Assembly: GCA_016197205.1 (NCBI GenBank)
Contig: JACPWG010000096.1
Coordinates: 29,902 to 93,901 of the forward strand
Reading direction: 5' to 3'
From: Planctomycetota bacterium
GTDB lineage: Bacteria > Planctomycetota > MHYJ01 > WSZJ01 > JACPWG01
Length of the DNA stretch: 64,000 nucleotides
Every line of letters starts with the position of its first letter. Positions within the stretch are counted from its first letter, which is position 1. A program made the position numbers and the translations under genes. The notes beneath the pieces are model-generated. The model did not search any database and was not told the DNA's origin. It saw only the letters and a list, made by a program, of their open reading frames with translations. Below are positions 27,725 through 36,561 of the stretch, piece by piece.

Positions 27725-28957
27725 TCACGAACCCCAGATGCGGAAGGGCAAATAGGTGAGGGCGGCGACGGTCGCCGCTGCGGGAATGGTGAGGACCCAG
27801 GCCCAGACGACGCGCGCGGCGACGCCCCAGCGCACGGCGGAGAGGCGCCGGGCGCTGCCCACGCCCACGATCGCACCGGTGATCGTGTGGGTGGTGCTTA
27901 CGGGAATCCCGAAATGCGACATGAGCAGAATGGTCACGCCTCCGCCGGTCTCGGCGCAGAAGCCGCCGAAGGGCGCGAGCTTCGTGATCTTGGACCCCAT
28001 CGTCTTCACGATCCGCCAGCCGCCGAAATAGGTGCCGAAGCTGATGGCCCCATGGCACGCGAGGATGATCCACCAGGCGAGGTGGTCGTCGATCTTGAGC
28101 GACTGTCGGCCGTCGGCCGCGGTCTCCAGCGAGCCGACCAGGACCACGTCCTTGTCGACCTTCCCCTTGGTCTTCGCCTCCGCCTCCGCCGAGGGAAGGA
28201 TCGGGTAGCGGTTCCCGTCCTTGGTCACCAGGACCAGGCTTCGCTCTGGGCCGCTCTGGAGATGGCCGGGGATTTCCTGGATGCCCGCGGCGTGCGTGAG
28301 ATAGCCCATGCCGGACGCGACCAGGAGCGCGGAGATGATGCCCATGGTCTTCTGCGCGTCATTCGAGCCGTGCGAGTAGCTGTAGACGGCCGCCGAGAGG
28401 AGCTGCAGCCGGCGGAACCAGGTGTCCACGACGCCCGGCCGCTGCGACCAGCAGAGGCGACCGGTCACCGCCATGAAAAGGAGCCCGAGCCCGAACCCGA
28501 GCAGGGGCGACACCACGATGTAGATCGAGATGCCGAGAATGCCCTTCCAGACGAGCCAGTTCGGGCCCGGCGTGAGCCAGAGGAGCGACCCGAGGCCGGC
28601 CTTGGCGATCGCCGCGCCCGCGAGCCCGCCGATGAGCGCGTGGGAGGAGCTGGAGGGGAGGCCGTAGTACCAGGTGATGAGGTTCCAGACGATCGCGCCG
28701 ACGAGCGCGGCGAAGATCAGGTTGGGCGTGATGACGGAGGGGTCGACGATCCCCTTGCCGATCGTCGAAGCGACCAGGGTCCCCGTGCCGACGGCCGCGA
28801 TGAAATTGAAGAAGGCCGCCCAGACGACCGCCGCCCTCGGGGGCAGCACCCGGGTCGAGACCACCGTCGCGATCGAGTTCGCGGCATCGTGGAAGCCGTT
28901 GATGAAGTCGAACCCGAGGGCGACGAGGACGACGAAGAGGACGTAGAAGTCAGGCAT
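27725..28957 (-). CDS. pit: Inorganic phosphate transporter of the PiT family.
   Basis: The signatures GFHDAANSIA and GSNDAQKTMG are both present. Confidence 0.85.
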   Translation of the reverse strand: MPDFYVLFVVLVALGFDFINGFHDAANSIATVVSTRVLPPRAAVVWAAFFNFIAAVGTGTLVASTIGKGIVDPSVITPNLIFAALVGAIVWNLITWYYGLPSSSSHALIGGLAGAAIAKAGLGSLLWLTPGPNWLVWKGILGISIYIVVSPLLGFGLGLLFMAVTGRLCWSQRPGVVDTWFRRLQLLSAAVYSYSHGSNDAQKTMGIISALLVASGMGYLTHAAGIQEIPGHLQSGPERSLVLVTKDGNRYPILPSAEAEAKTKGKVDKDVVLVGSLETAADGRQSLKIDDHLAWWIILACHGAISFGTYFGGWRIVKTMGSKITKLAPFGGFCAETGGGVTILLMSHFGIPVSTTHTITGAIVGVGSARRLSAVRWGVAARVVWAWVLTIPAAATVAALTYLPFRIWGS

Positions 28958-29573
28958 TCTTGAGTACGATCCCTTCCAGCACGTTGGCCACGTCCTCGCA
29001 GCGGTCCGCGGAGGACTCCAGCGACTCGTAGATGTCTTTCCACTTGATGATCTCGATCGGATTCTGGCCGCTGTCGAACAGGGTCGCGAGGGCGTGGTGG
29101 AGGATCCGGTCCCCTTCGTTCTCCTGGGTATGGACCTCCTTGCAGGCGCGCAGGATCGGGTCGGGGTCCTTCAGGTTGCGAAGCAGCTTGACCGCCTTCA
29201 CGAGGATGTCCGTGGACTTTGCAAGGACCGTCGCCAGCGCCCGGGCGTCGTCGGTCGGCTTGGCGATCTTGTACAGGATCATCCGGTGGACGGCGGTGTC
29301 GATCAGGTCGAGCACGTCATCCATCCGGCAGATGAGGTCGTGGATGTCTTCGCGGTCGATGGGCGTGATGAAGGTCTTGTTGAGCCGCTCGATCGTATGG
29401 TGCGTCAGCTCGTCCCCCGCGTGCTCCACGTTCTTGATCTTCCGGGCCTTGTTTTCGATGTCCTCGTACTTGTCGAGGAAGTCGACGAGGAGGTTCGCCC
29501 CCTCGTGTGCGTTCGCCGCCGCCTGCTCGAAAAGTTCGAAGAAGGTCTCGTCCTTCGGAAAGAGACGGAACAT
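28950..29573 (-). CDS. DUF47 (PhoU-like) phosphate-transport regulator, the usual partner of PiT.
   Basis: ATG at 29573 (MFRLFPKDETFFELFEQ...). It overlaps the pit start by 8 nt. Confidence 0.75.
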   Translation of the reverse strand: MFRLFPKDETFFELFEQAAANAHEGANLLVDFLDKYEDIENKARKIKNVEHAGDELTHHTIERLNKTFITPIDREDIHDLICRMDDVLDLIDTAVHRMILYKIAKPTDDARALATVLAKSTDILVKAVKLLRNLKDPDPILRACKEVHTQENEGDRILHHALATLFDSGQNPIEIIKWKDIYESLESSADRCEDVANVLEGIVLKNA

Positions 29574-29674
29574 GCTGCACCTCTCTGGGGTGGCCCTAGG
29601 GAGCCGCGGCGCCCGCGGGTGGGTGGGAGCGCGGATTGGAAGAGTTGAGACTATAGTCCGGCGGGGGAGGTCTG

Positions 29675-30055
29675 TCAACAGAACGGAGAGCCCGGCGGGG
29701 AGGTCGGCTCTCCCGGAGGACCGGCCGCGGGGCTTGCGGTCGGACCGGCCGTCGGACCGCCGGCCCGCGACGGTTTCGCGATCGGCGTGGGTTCGTCCCG
29801 TGAGCCGGTGATCCGATACTTGGCCCGGCGCTCCGCGTACTCCTCGGGGCTTACGGGGAGGTCCGGCGACGGGACGCCGTCCCACACCTGGTTGTAGATG
29901 GTCTTCAGGAAGGGGATGCACCAGCCGCACCCCGTGCCCGCGGAGAGGCACTCGCTCAGCAGGGAGACGCGGACGGGCCGCTCGCGCCGACAGAAATTCA
30001 CGATCTTGCGGAGCGAGACGTGGAAGCAGATGCAAACGTGGTCGTCGGGCTTCAT
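29675..30055 (-). CDS. BFD-like [2Fe-2S]-binding domain protein with a Pro-rich tail.
   Basis: MKPDDHVCICFHVSLRKIVNFCRR...CLSAGTGCGWCIPFL carries a C-x-C...C-x2-C pattern. Confidence 0.6.
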   Translation of the reverse strand: MKPDDHVCICFHVSLRKIVNFCRRERPVRVSLLSECLSAGTGCGWCIPFLKTIYNQVWDGVPSPDLPVSPEEYAERRAKYRITGSRDEPTPIAKPSRAGGPTAGPTASPAAGPPGEPTSPPGSPFC

Positions 30056-30255
30056 GGCGGAGGGAGCTCGCGAGGAACGGCGAAGGGGGAAGGGAAGCGG
30101 GTCGTCCAGGACACGCCCCATTCTACATCGCGCAGCCGACTCGTTCAAGGCCCGGGCCCGACCTGGAGCTTGAGCTAGTGCTTGCCAACCGGCGGCGTGC
30201 CCGGTATGATTTGGAGCGGAGAGGGTCCTGGTCACTCACCTGGAGAATGCGATCG

Positions 30256-30681
30256 ATGGATCTGAGCGGAAGAAAGATTCTCGTCGTCGACGACCACTCC
30301 CTTGCCCGCGAGTGCCTTCGCGAGATGCTGACGAGCTGGGGAGCGCAGGTCACCGACGTCGGCGAGGGAACCGCGGGCCTCGCGGCCATCCGAAAAGGGT
30401 CTTTCGATCTCATCATCTCCGATCTGTACATGCCCGGACTGAACGGCATGGAGCTGGTCGAAAGCGCGAAGTTCGTCAACCCCAAGATCCCGGTCGTGCT
30501 GATGTCCGCGGCTTGGCCGAAGACGGAGACCCTCAAGCGTGCGCGCGGCGGGGCGGACGGCATGCTGGCGAAACCGTTTGAAGTCAGCCAGGTCGTGCAG
30601 GTGATCTCCAGCCTCCTCGGCCTGCCCGGTTCCTCGGGGACGCCCAATCCGGACGCCGGCTCCCCTTCGCCGACGCCGTGA
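30256..30681 (+). CDS. Single-domain response regulator (CheY-like receiver).
   Basis: Motifs KILVVDDHSLARE, DLIISDLYMPGLNG and the K of MLAKPF are present. GGAGA lies 10 nt upstream. Confidence 0.7.
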   Translation: MDLSGRKILVVDDHSLARECLREMLTSWGAQVTDVGEGTAGLAAIRKGSFDLIISDLYMPGLNGMELVESAKFVNPKIPVVLMSAAWPKTETLKRARGGADGMLAKPFEVSQVVQVISSLLGLPGSSGTPNPDAGSPSPTP

Positions 30682-32183
30682 CCGCGGGTCCGCCGTCCTC
30701 CGCCGCCGGCCCGCACACGGCGGTCGACTGGAGCCGCGCGCACGAGGAGGCGCTGGAGCACTTTCGCGCCCTCCTCCGCATCGACACCACCAACCCTCCC
30801 GGCAACGAAGCCGAGGCGACGGCGTGGCTCTCCCGCCTCCTCGGCGCGGAAGGGATTTCCCACGAGGTCGTCGAGTCCGCGCCGGGACGCGCCTCGCTCG
30901 TCGCGCGCCTCCCGTCCGCCGCCCCGTTCACCGCCACGTCCGCCGCCCCGTCCGCCGCCCCGTCCGCCGCCGAGCCGTGCGCTCCTTCCGGCCCCGGACT
31001 CGCCGGCGCTTCCGATTCCGGCGCCGACGCCCTCCTGCTCAGCGCGCACCTCGACGTCGTGCCCGCCGAACCCTCCCGCTGGCGGCATCCCCCGTTTGCG
31101 GCCGAGCTCCACGACGGCTGCGTGTGGGGGCGGGGCGCGATCGACATGAAGCACATGGCCATCTATGGGCTGATGACGCTGCTCCTGCTGAAGCGCTCAG
31201 GAATTCACCTGAGGCGGGACGTCGTGTTCGCCGCGGTCGCCGACGAGGAGGCCGGGTCGTTCCTCGGGGCGGAGTGGCTCGTGCGGCGCCGGCCGGACCT
31301 GCTGCGCGGCTGCCGCTACGCCTTGAACGAGGTCGGGGGCTTCACGGTCCACATGCAAGGGCGTCGCATCTACCCCATCCAGGTCGCGGAAAAGGGGTTC
31401 GCCTGGATGACGCTGCGTGCCCGCGGCGAGCCCGGCCACGGCTCCCTGCCGGCGGTCCGGAACCCGGTGACCGCGCTCGCCCGCGCCCTCGACCGGCTCA
31501 CCGCGCGCGAGCTGCCGTACCGCCTGACGCCGCCCGTGGAGCGCTTCATGCGCGACCTCGCCAGGGAGCTGGGGCCGCCCGCGTCCCTCGTCCTTCGCGG
31601 CCTGCTCGGGCGGGCGACCTCCGGCGCGGCGCTCAAGCTCCTTCCCGACCCCGACGTCGCGCGTGTGTTCCGGGCGTCCCTGCACGACACGGCGAACGCG
31701 ACCGTGCTGCGCGCGGGCGGCAAGGTGAACGTCGTCCCGGGCGAGGCCGAGGCGGAGTTGGACGGGCGGTTCCTCCCGGGAATCGGCGTCGAGGAATTCC
31801 TGGAGGAGGTGCGGCGCGCGGCGGGGGTGAAGGGGGGGACGGCGGCGGGCGGGGACCTCGAGCTGGTCGTGCGCGCTTCCGGGAGGCCGGTGGAGGCCTC
31901 GGCGGACACGGCCCTCTTCCGGCACCTCGCGTCGGTGCTCGCGCGGCGCGATCCGGGGGCCGCGGTCCTCCCGAACCTGGTCGTGGGGTTCACGGACGCG
32001 CACGCGTACGCGGAACTCGGCCTCACGACCTACGGCTTTTCCCCGATCCGCCTCCCGCCCGACCTCCGCTTCGCCGCCCTCTACCACGGCCACGACGAGC
32101 GCATTCCGGTGGACGGCTTTCGCTGGGGGCTGGAGACCTTCTTCGAAGCGGTGTGCGGCTGGGTCGCGGGGGATGGCGCCTGA
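30678..32183 (+). CDS. M20-family metallopeptidase (ArgE/DapE/CPG2-like).
   Basis: Motifs SAHLDVVP, GRGAIDMKH and AVADEE are present. The GTG start overlaps the response-regulator stop. Confidence 0.7.
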   Translation: MTAGPPSSAAGPHTAVDWSRAHEEALEHFRALLRIDTTNPPGNEAEATAWLSRLLGAEGISHEVVESAPGRASLVARLPSAAPFTATSAAPSAAPSAAEPCAPSGPGLAGASDSGADALLLSAHLDVVPAEPSRWRHPPFAAELHDGCVWGRGAIDMKHMAIYGLMTLLLLKRSGIHLRRDVVFAAVADEEAGSFLGAEWLVRRRPDLLRGCRYALNEVGGFTVHMQGRRIYPIQVAEKGFAWMTLRARGEPGHGSLPAVRNPVTALARALDRLTARELPYRLTPPVERFMRDLARELGPPASLVLRGLLGRATSGAALKLLPDPDVARVFRASLHDTANATVLRAGGKVNVVPGEAEAELDGRFLPGIGVEEFLEEVRRAAGVKGGTAAGGDLELVVRASGRPVEASADTALFRHLASVLARRDPGAAVLPNLVVGFTDAHAYAELGLTTYGFSPIRLPPDLRFAALYHGHDERIPVDGFRWGLETFFEAVCGWVAGDGA

Positions 32184-32201
32184 CGACGCAGTGGCCGAGG
32201 C

Positions 32202-32852
32202 CTACAGCTTCACGCCTACCCAGCACCCGTCGCCGATGGGAACGATGATGCTCTGCAGCGCCTTCTCCCGCGCCATCACTTCATTGAAGGCCTGCACGGC
32301 AGGGGCCTCGCGATCCGAGGGGTGTTTGTCGAAGAGTTGGCCGAAGGCGAACGCGTTATCGACCAGCACGAGCCCGCCGGGGCGGACGATGCGGAGGCTC
32401 TCCTTCAGGTACAGCCCGTAATTCGCCTTGTCGGCATCGAGGAAGGCGGCGTCGGCGGAGTCGGCGGCGAACCCCGCCAGGACGGTCTGGCCCGGGCCGA
32501 GGTGCACTTCGATCTTGCCGGCCGCGTCCGATTTCGCGGCCCACTCGCGCGCGAAGGCGGCGTGGCGTGGCTCGACCTCGATCGTGCGCACGCGGCCGCC
32601 GGGCGGCAGCGCGCGCGCCATCCAGAGGGCCGAGTAGCCCGCCAGCGTCCCCACCTCGATCACTTCGCGCGCCCGACAGAGGCGTAGCAGGATCTGCAGA
32701 AAGCTCCCCTGCTCGGCGGAGATGGCGATCGGCGGGATCCCGGCCGCCTTCGCCGCGCGGCGCAGGTCCTTGAGAAAGTCGTCCTCCTGCACCGTGCGTT
32801 GAGCGATGTAGCGGAAGTGCTCGGCGGTGACGAGCGTGGCGGACTCGGACAT
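32202..32852 (-). CDS. SAM-dependent class I O-methyltransferase (caffeoyl-CoA OMT-like).
   Basis: VIEVGTLAGYSALWMA and FLDADKANY are present. A GGAGG RBS precedes the start. Confidence 0.7.
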   Translation of the reverse strand: MSESATLVTAEHFRYIAQRTVQEDDFLKDLRRAAKAAGIPPIAISAEQGSFLQILLRLCRAREVIEVGTLAGYSALWMARALPPGGRVRTIEVEPRHAAFAREWAAKSDAAGKIEVHLGPGQTVLAGFAADSADAAFLDADKANYGLYLKESLRIVRPGGLVLVDNAFAFGQLFDKHPSDREAPAVQAFNEVMAREKALQSIIVPIGDGCWVGVKL

Positions 32853-33161
32853 GGCTTCCTCCCGAAGGGCGTCCGTGCGTGAGATTGCGACGGTTGTGCG
32901 GTCGAATGATACCCGCGAGTCCGGCGCGAATCAATCCTTGCGCCGGCCTCGCGCAGCGCGGACAAAGTTCACGCTCGACTCCTCGGGGCGCGGGTCCACA
33001 GGCCTCGTGTCTGGACTTCGTCAACGGGCCACTCCGGACACGAATTGGGCCCGCTGGAGCAGTTCGGCGGCCATTTTGCCGAGACGCGCATTTCCGAATT
33101 GCGTCGAGCGCCCCTCGCTGCTAGAATGCCCGGCCTTTCGGTTTTCATGGAGGGAAGGAGC

Positions 33162-34484
33162 ATGACGGAACCAGCAGGCGATGCCGCCGGCGTCAACCGG
33201 CGCGACTTCCTGCGCTTCACCTCGGCGGCGGCCCTGGCGGCCTTCGTCAGCGAGGCGATCCGGGAGTCTTCGGAGTCCGGCTTCGTCCTGGCGCAGTCCG
33301 CGCGGCCCGGCGAAGTCACGGTGATGGGGATCTCGAACCACCCGAGCCCCGCGGAGATCGACAAGCGGACGCGCGAGGCGATCCTCGCCACGGACGACCT
33401 CTCGTGGCTCAAGCCCGGCCAGACCGTGGCGATCAACGTCGCCTCCAATTCTCCCCGCGGCTATCCGTTCACGACGCACCCCGAGGCCCTCAAGGCCGCC
33501 ATCCGGCTCTTCCGCGAGCGCGGGGCGAAGGTCATCGTCGCGGACCAGGCCGGCATGGAGCACGTCGCGCCCCCGTTCGGCGGCAACAGGCCGGGGGAGT
33601 TCATTCGCAAGATCTGGAGCGGCATCCCGGGGATCGCCAGCGGCCACAGGACGGGCATGGAAGTCCTGAAGACCAACGGGCTGCTCGATGCCGCGCGCGA
33701 GGCGGGCGCGGAGGTCCGGTCCTTCGACCGCGAGGAGGACTGGGTGCGCACGGGTCCGACGAAGAACTGGCCGAAGGGCTTTCGCATTCCGAAGCTGGCG
33801 GTCGAAGCCGACCACCTGGTGAACATGGCGCGGCCGGGCGCGCACGTGATGGCGGGCCACACGGGAACGATCAAGAACTGGTACGGGTGGCTGCACCCGG
33901 TCGATCGTTTCACCTCCCACTCGCGTCTCGGCTTCAACAAGGACGGCTTCGGCGTCGTGAAGCTGGACGAAAGCATCGCGGAGGTCGCCGGCGCATTCAA
34001 GGACAAGACCCGGCTGAACCTCGTGCCGGCGATCGGGACCTACACCGACGTGGGGCCGGACTGGGGGAGCCAGCCGCTCGAGTCGAGCATGATCCTCGCC
34101 AGCAAGGACCCGCTCGCGATCGACGCGGCCACCGCCGCGCTCATCCACTATGAGAAGCACCGCGTGCCGCTCTCGGAGCGGCGCAAGAACTGGCGCAACC
34201 TGGGCGACTGGCGAAACGAGTCGATGTGGGGCTCGCTGGAGAGCTTCGTGCACCGCGTCCACGGCAACTCGATGGCCGACCGCCTGGACCGCGATCCGCG
34301 CCACGGCGGCGTGTGGGACCTGCGGTCGCTGCACCGCGGCAGGGAGATCGGCCTCGGCTCGGGCGACGTGACGCTCAAGGTCTTCGGGGACGTCCATCCC
34401 GCCACGGTGAACGGCCTGACGAACCTCACGGGCGGCCGGAACGAGAAGGGGCTGCTCGATGCGCTGGAGGGGCCGGGGCACTGA
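33162..34484 (+). CDS. Tat-exported DUF362-domain protein.
   Basis: The RBS GGAGGGAAGGAG is present. A twin-arginine motif sits in VNRRDFLRFTSAAALAAF. Confidence 0.6.
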   Translation: MTEPAGDAAGVNRRDFLRFTSAAALAAFVSEAIRESSESGFVLAQSARPGEVTVMGISNHPSPAEIDKRTREAILATDDLSWLKPGQTVAINVASNSPRGYPFTTHPEALKAAIRLFRERGAKVIVADQAGMEHVAPPFGGNRPGEFIRKIWSGIPGIASGHRTGMEVLKTNGLLDAAREAGAEVRSFDREEDWVRTGPTKNWPKGFRIPKLAVEADHLVNMARPGAHVMAGHTGTIKNWYGWLHPVDRFTSHSRLGFNKDGFGVVKLDESIAEVAGAFKDKTRLNLVPAIGTYTDVGPDWGSQPLESSMILASKDPLAIDAATAALIHYEKHRVPLSERRKNWRNLGDWRNESMWGSLESFVHRVHGNSMADRLDRDPRHGGVWDLRSLHRGREIGLGSGDVTLKVFGDVHPATVNGLTNLTGGRNEKGLLDALEGPGH

Positions 34485-34493
34485 CGAAATCCC

Positions 34494-34626
34494 AAATCCC
34501 AACTCGGGCGAAGGCCCGAAACCCAAACGGACGACGAAACCACCAAGCCACCAAGGCACGAAGACCACGAAGGACCGTCACTGAGGGGGGCGAGTTTGGC
34601 TCGGCCGAAAAGCGCCTTTGTGGTCT
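34494..34626. repeat. A 133-bp structured dispersed repeat, copy 1. A second copy lies at 62293..62425 with about 98% identity. Each begins with the AAATCCCAAATCCC motif.
   Basis: Both copies abut a gene stop codon (DUF362 protein; ABC ATPase). They contain internal inverted symmetry and could be a MITE or a small RNA. Confidence 0.55.
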
Positions 34627-34663
34627 GAAATCCGAAAGCAGCAATCTACAATCAGAATCCCCC

Positions 34664-35668
34664 ATGGGAGGCGCTATGGCCGACGAGATCCATCTTCGAA
34701 GCGGCGAGGTCCTTTCGGGCGGGCAGGTGACCCAGGAGACGTGGGCCGAGGTGAAGTACGCCGGCGGCGGTGCGACGCGCGCCCTGCCGGCATGGAAGGT
34801 CGCGCGGATCGTCCACGGGGACGCCTGCGCGGACCTCGACCTGGGGCTGGAAAACGTCCAGGCCGGCAGGTTCGACGAGGCGCTGTCGGCCTTCGAGCGG
34901 GTCCGGCAGGCGGGCGCCGCCGTGCCCGCGTGGGCGCCGTCCTATGCGGCCTTCCATCGGGCGAACACCCTGCGGACGCAGGCGCTCATCCAGGAGGAGG
35001 GGGCCGAGGACGCCGCCGCGGCGCTCGTGGAGTTCACGAAGGCGCATCCACAGTCCATGCATGTGCCGGCAGCGCACTATGCGCTGGGGGATCTCTCGCT
35101 CGCGCGCGGGGACGGCGCCGGGGCGCGCGCCGCGTTCCAGCGGATGGACGAGAAGCAGTACGGCATCGCGTGGAACCTGCTCGGGTTCTTCGGCAAGGCC
35201 CGCGCGACGCTCGCGGAGGGGAAGGCGGGCGAGGCCGAGGCCCTATTCCGCGCGCTGGCGGAGCAGGCCGAAAGAGTCGAAGGGTGCGGCGAAGTGCACC
35301 GGCTCACGACGCTGGGCAGGGCGCAGGCCATCCGCGCGCTGGGAAAGCCGGAAGAGTCGATTCGGCTGGTGGAGCCGTTCCTGGCCGATGAGGGCTGGAC
35401 GAACGCGCCGGTGACGGCGCAGCTCCTGAACTACGTCGGGGAGACGGTCCTCGAGATGGGCGGGACGCCCGACCACGCATTGACGGCGATCCCCCTCTTC
35501 CTGCGGGTGGTCCGGTATTTCCCCGGGTATCACCTGGAGTTCGGCCGCGCGCTGTTCCTCGCGTCGCGCTGCTTCCGCACGCTCGAGAGCGCCGAATGGG
35601 CCGAGGCCGCGGTGGACGCGGTGAAGGAGAATTACCCGCGTTCGACTTGGGCAAAGAAGGCCGGTTAG
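34664..35668 (+). CDS. TPR-like repeat protein. An alternative start lies at about 34676.
   Basis: Helical repeat pattern; GGGAGG is adjacent to the second ATG. Confidence 0.45.
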   Translation: MGGAMADEIHLRSGEVLSGGQVTQETWAEVKYAGGGATRALPAWKVARIVHGDACADLDLGLENVQAGRFDEALSAFERVRQAGAAVPAWAPSYAAFHRANTLRTQALIQEEGAEDAAAALVEFTKAHPQSMHVPAAHYALGDLSLARGDGAGARAAFQRMDEKQYGIAWNLLGFFGKARATLAEGKAGEAEALFRALAEQAERVEGCGEVHRLTTLGRAQAIRALGKPEESIRLVEPFLADEGWTNAPVTAQLLNYVGETVLEMGGTPDHALTAIPLFLRVVRYFPGYHLEFGRALFLASRCFRTLESAEWAEAAVDAVKENYPRSTWAKKAG

Positions 35669-35710
35669 CCTTTGTCGCGGACGCGGCGACGGAGCGGTCA
35701 AAACAAAACT

Positions 35711-35755
35711 CGGGTCCGCCGTGAGGAAGCCTCGCGGCGGACCCGATTTTAATTT
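35711..35755 (+). terminator. Rho-independent terminator after the TPR gene.
   Basis: The stem CGGGTCCGCCG...CGGCGGACCCG is followed by ATTTTAATTT. Confidence 0.6.
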
Positions 35756-36061
35756 GCAGTGCGCGCTTTGGGGGAGAGTCTAGTGGGGCTTCAACATCGA
35801 TCCTGTGGGTGCGTCGCGGATTCAAATGTTCAAGGCTCAGGGAGGCCGGAGCCCTCAACGCCGATCTTCCCAGACCTGGTTCGTCCGCGGATTTCCGGAG
35901 ATTCGGTCACGCACGCGAATAAGGCGTTGAGCATCGAGCCTTGAGCATTGCTTGAACCTTGATCATTGAGAATTGAACCTTCGTTCTCCTTCCCAGGCTT
36001 TCGAGGCGGGTTGGGGCCGTGAGAGCCACCAAGAACCTACGGAACCTAGATTGAAGCCCCA

Positions 36062-36346
36062 CTAGCTCCCGCCCGAGACCACCGTGATCGGACCCACTTC
36101 CAGTTGGCCGCCGCCCGACTGGTTGATGCCCGTGAACTCGTTCGGATCCATGAAGGCCGCCATTTCGACGCTCCCGGTGTTGAGCGAGTTCGTCGAGCGC
36201 TTGAACAGGTTGGCGATCTGCCGGCCGAAGGCTCCCACGACCATCAGGCAGCCGATGGCGACGAGGGAGACGATGATAATGTACTCGGTCATGGCCTGGC
36301 CGCGGGTGTTCTTCGTCCTCTTCCTGCCGATCGTGTGGTTGCGCAT
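36062..36346 (-). CDS. flp: Flp/Fap-family type IVb pilin precursor, an orphan with no tad genes in this window.
   Basis: ..RGQAMTEYIIIVSLVAIGCLMVVGAFG carries the prepilin G/(x)xxxEY signature. The RBS is AAGGAGATGAACG-ATG. Confidence 0.6.
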   Translation of the reverse strand: MRNHTIGRKRTKNTRGQAMTEYIIIVSLVAIGCLMVVGAFGRQIANLFKRSTNSLNTGSVEMAAFMDPNEFTGINQSGGGQLEVGPITVVSGGS

Positions 36347-36410
36347 CGTTCATCTCCTTGGTATCTTGTTGCCTCTTCGACTCAGTTTTATTCGCGTATG
36401 ACCCGTCTAG

Positions 36411-36426
36411 AGCATCGGCCGTGCCA
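36411..36426 (-). promoter_or_regulatory. Candidate sigma-54 (-24/-12) promoter for flp.
   Basis: The minus strand reads TGGCAC-ggccg-ATGCT with GG-N10-GC spacing, about 65 nt upstream of the ATG, in an AT-rich region. Confidence 0.35.
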
Positions 36427-36561
36427 GTGTGTATGAATATGCGCAACATGCGTTATTGAAATGCTTTACGATCATTTGCTCGATCCCGCCCCTCGGCCGC
36501 GGCCGGTGGGAAAGGGGCGATCTGTCACCCCAGGTAACGGCCTCAGCTCGCTATCGTGCCA

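Noticed and set aside
28950-30035. A 361-aa ORF in the DUF47 frame.
   Set aside because: The conserved DUF47 sequence begins at MFRLFPKDE (29573). The upstream 150 codons are Arg/Pro-rich and overlap the BFD gene.
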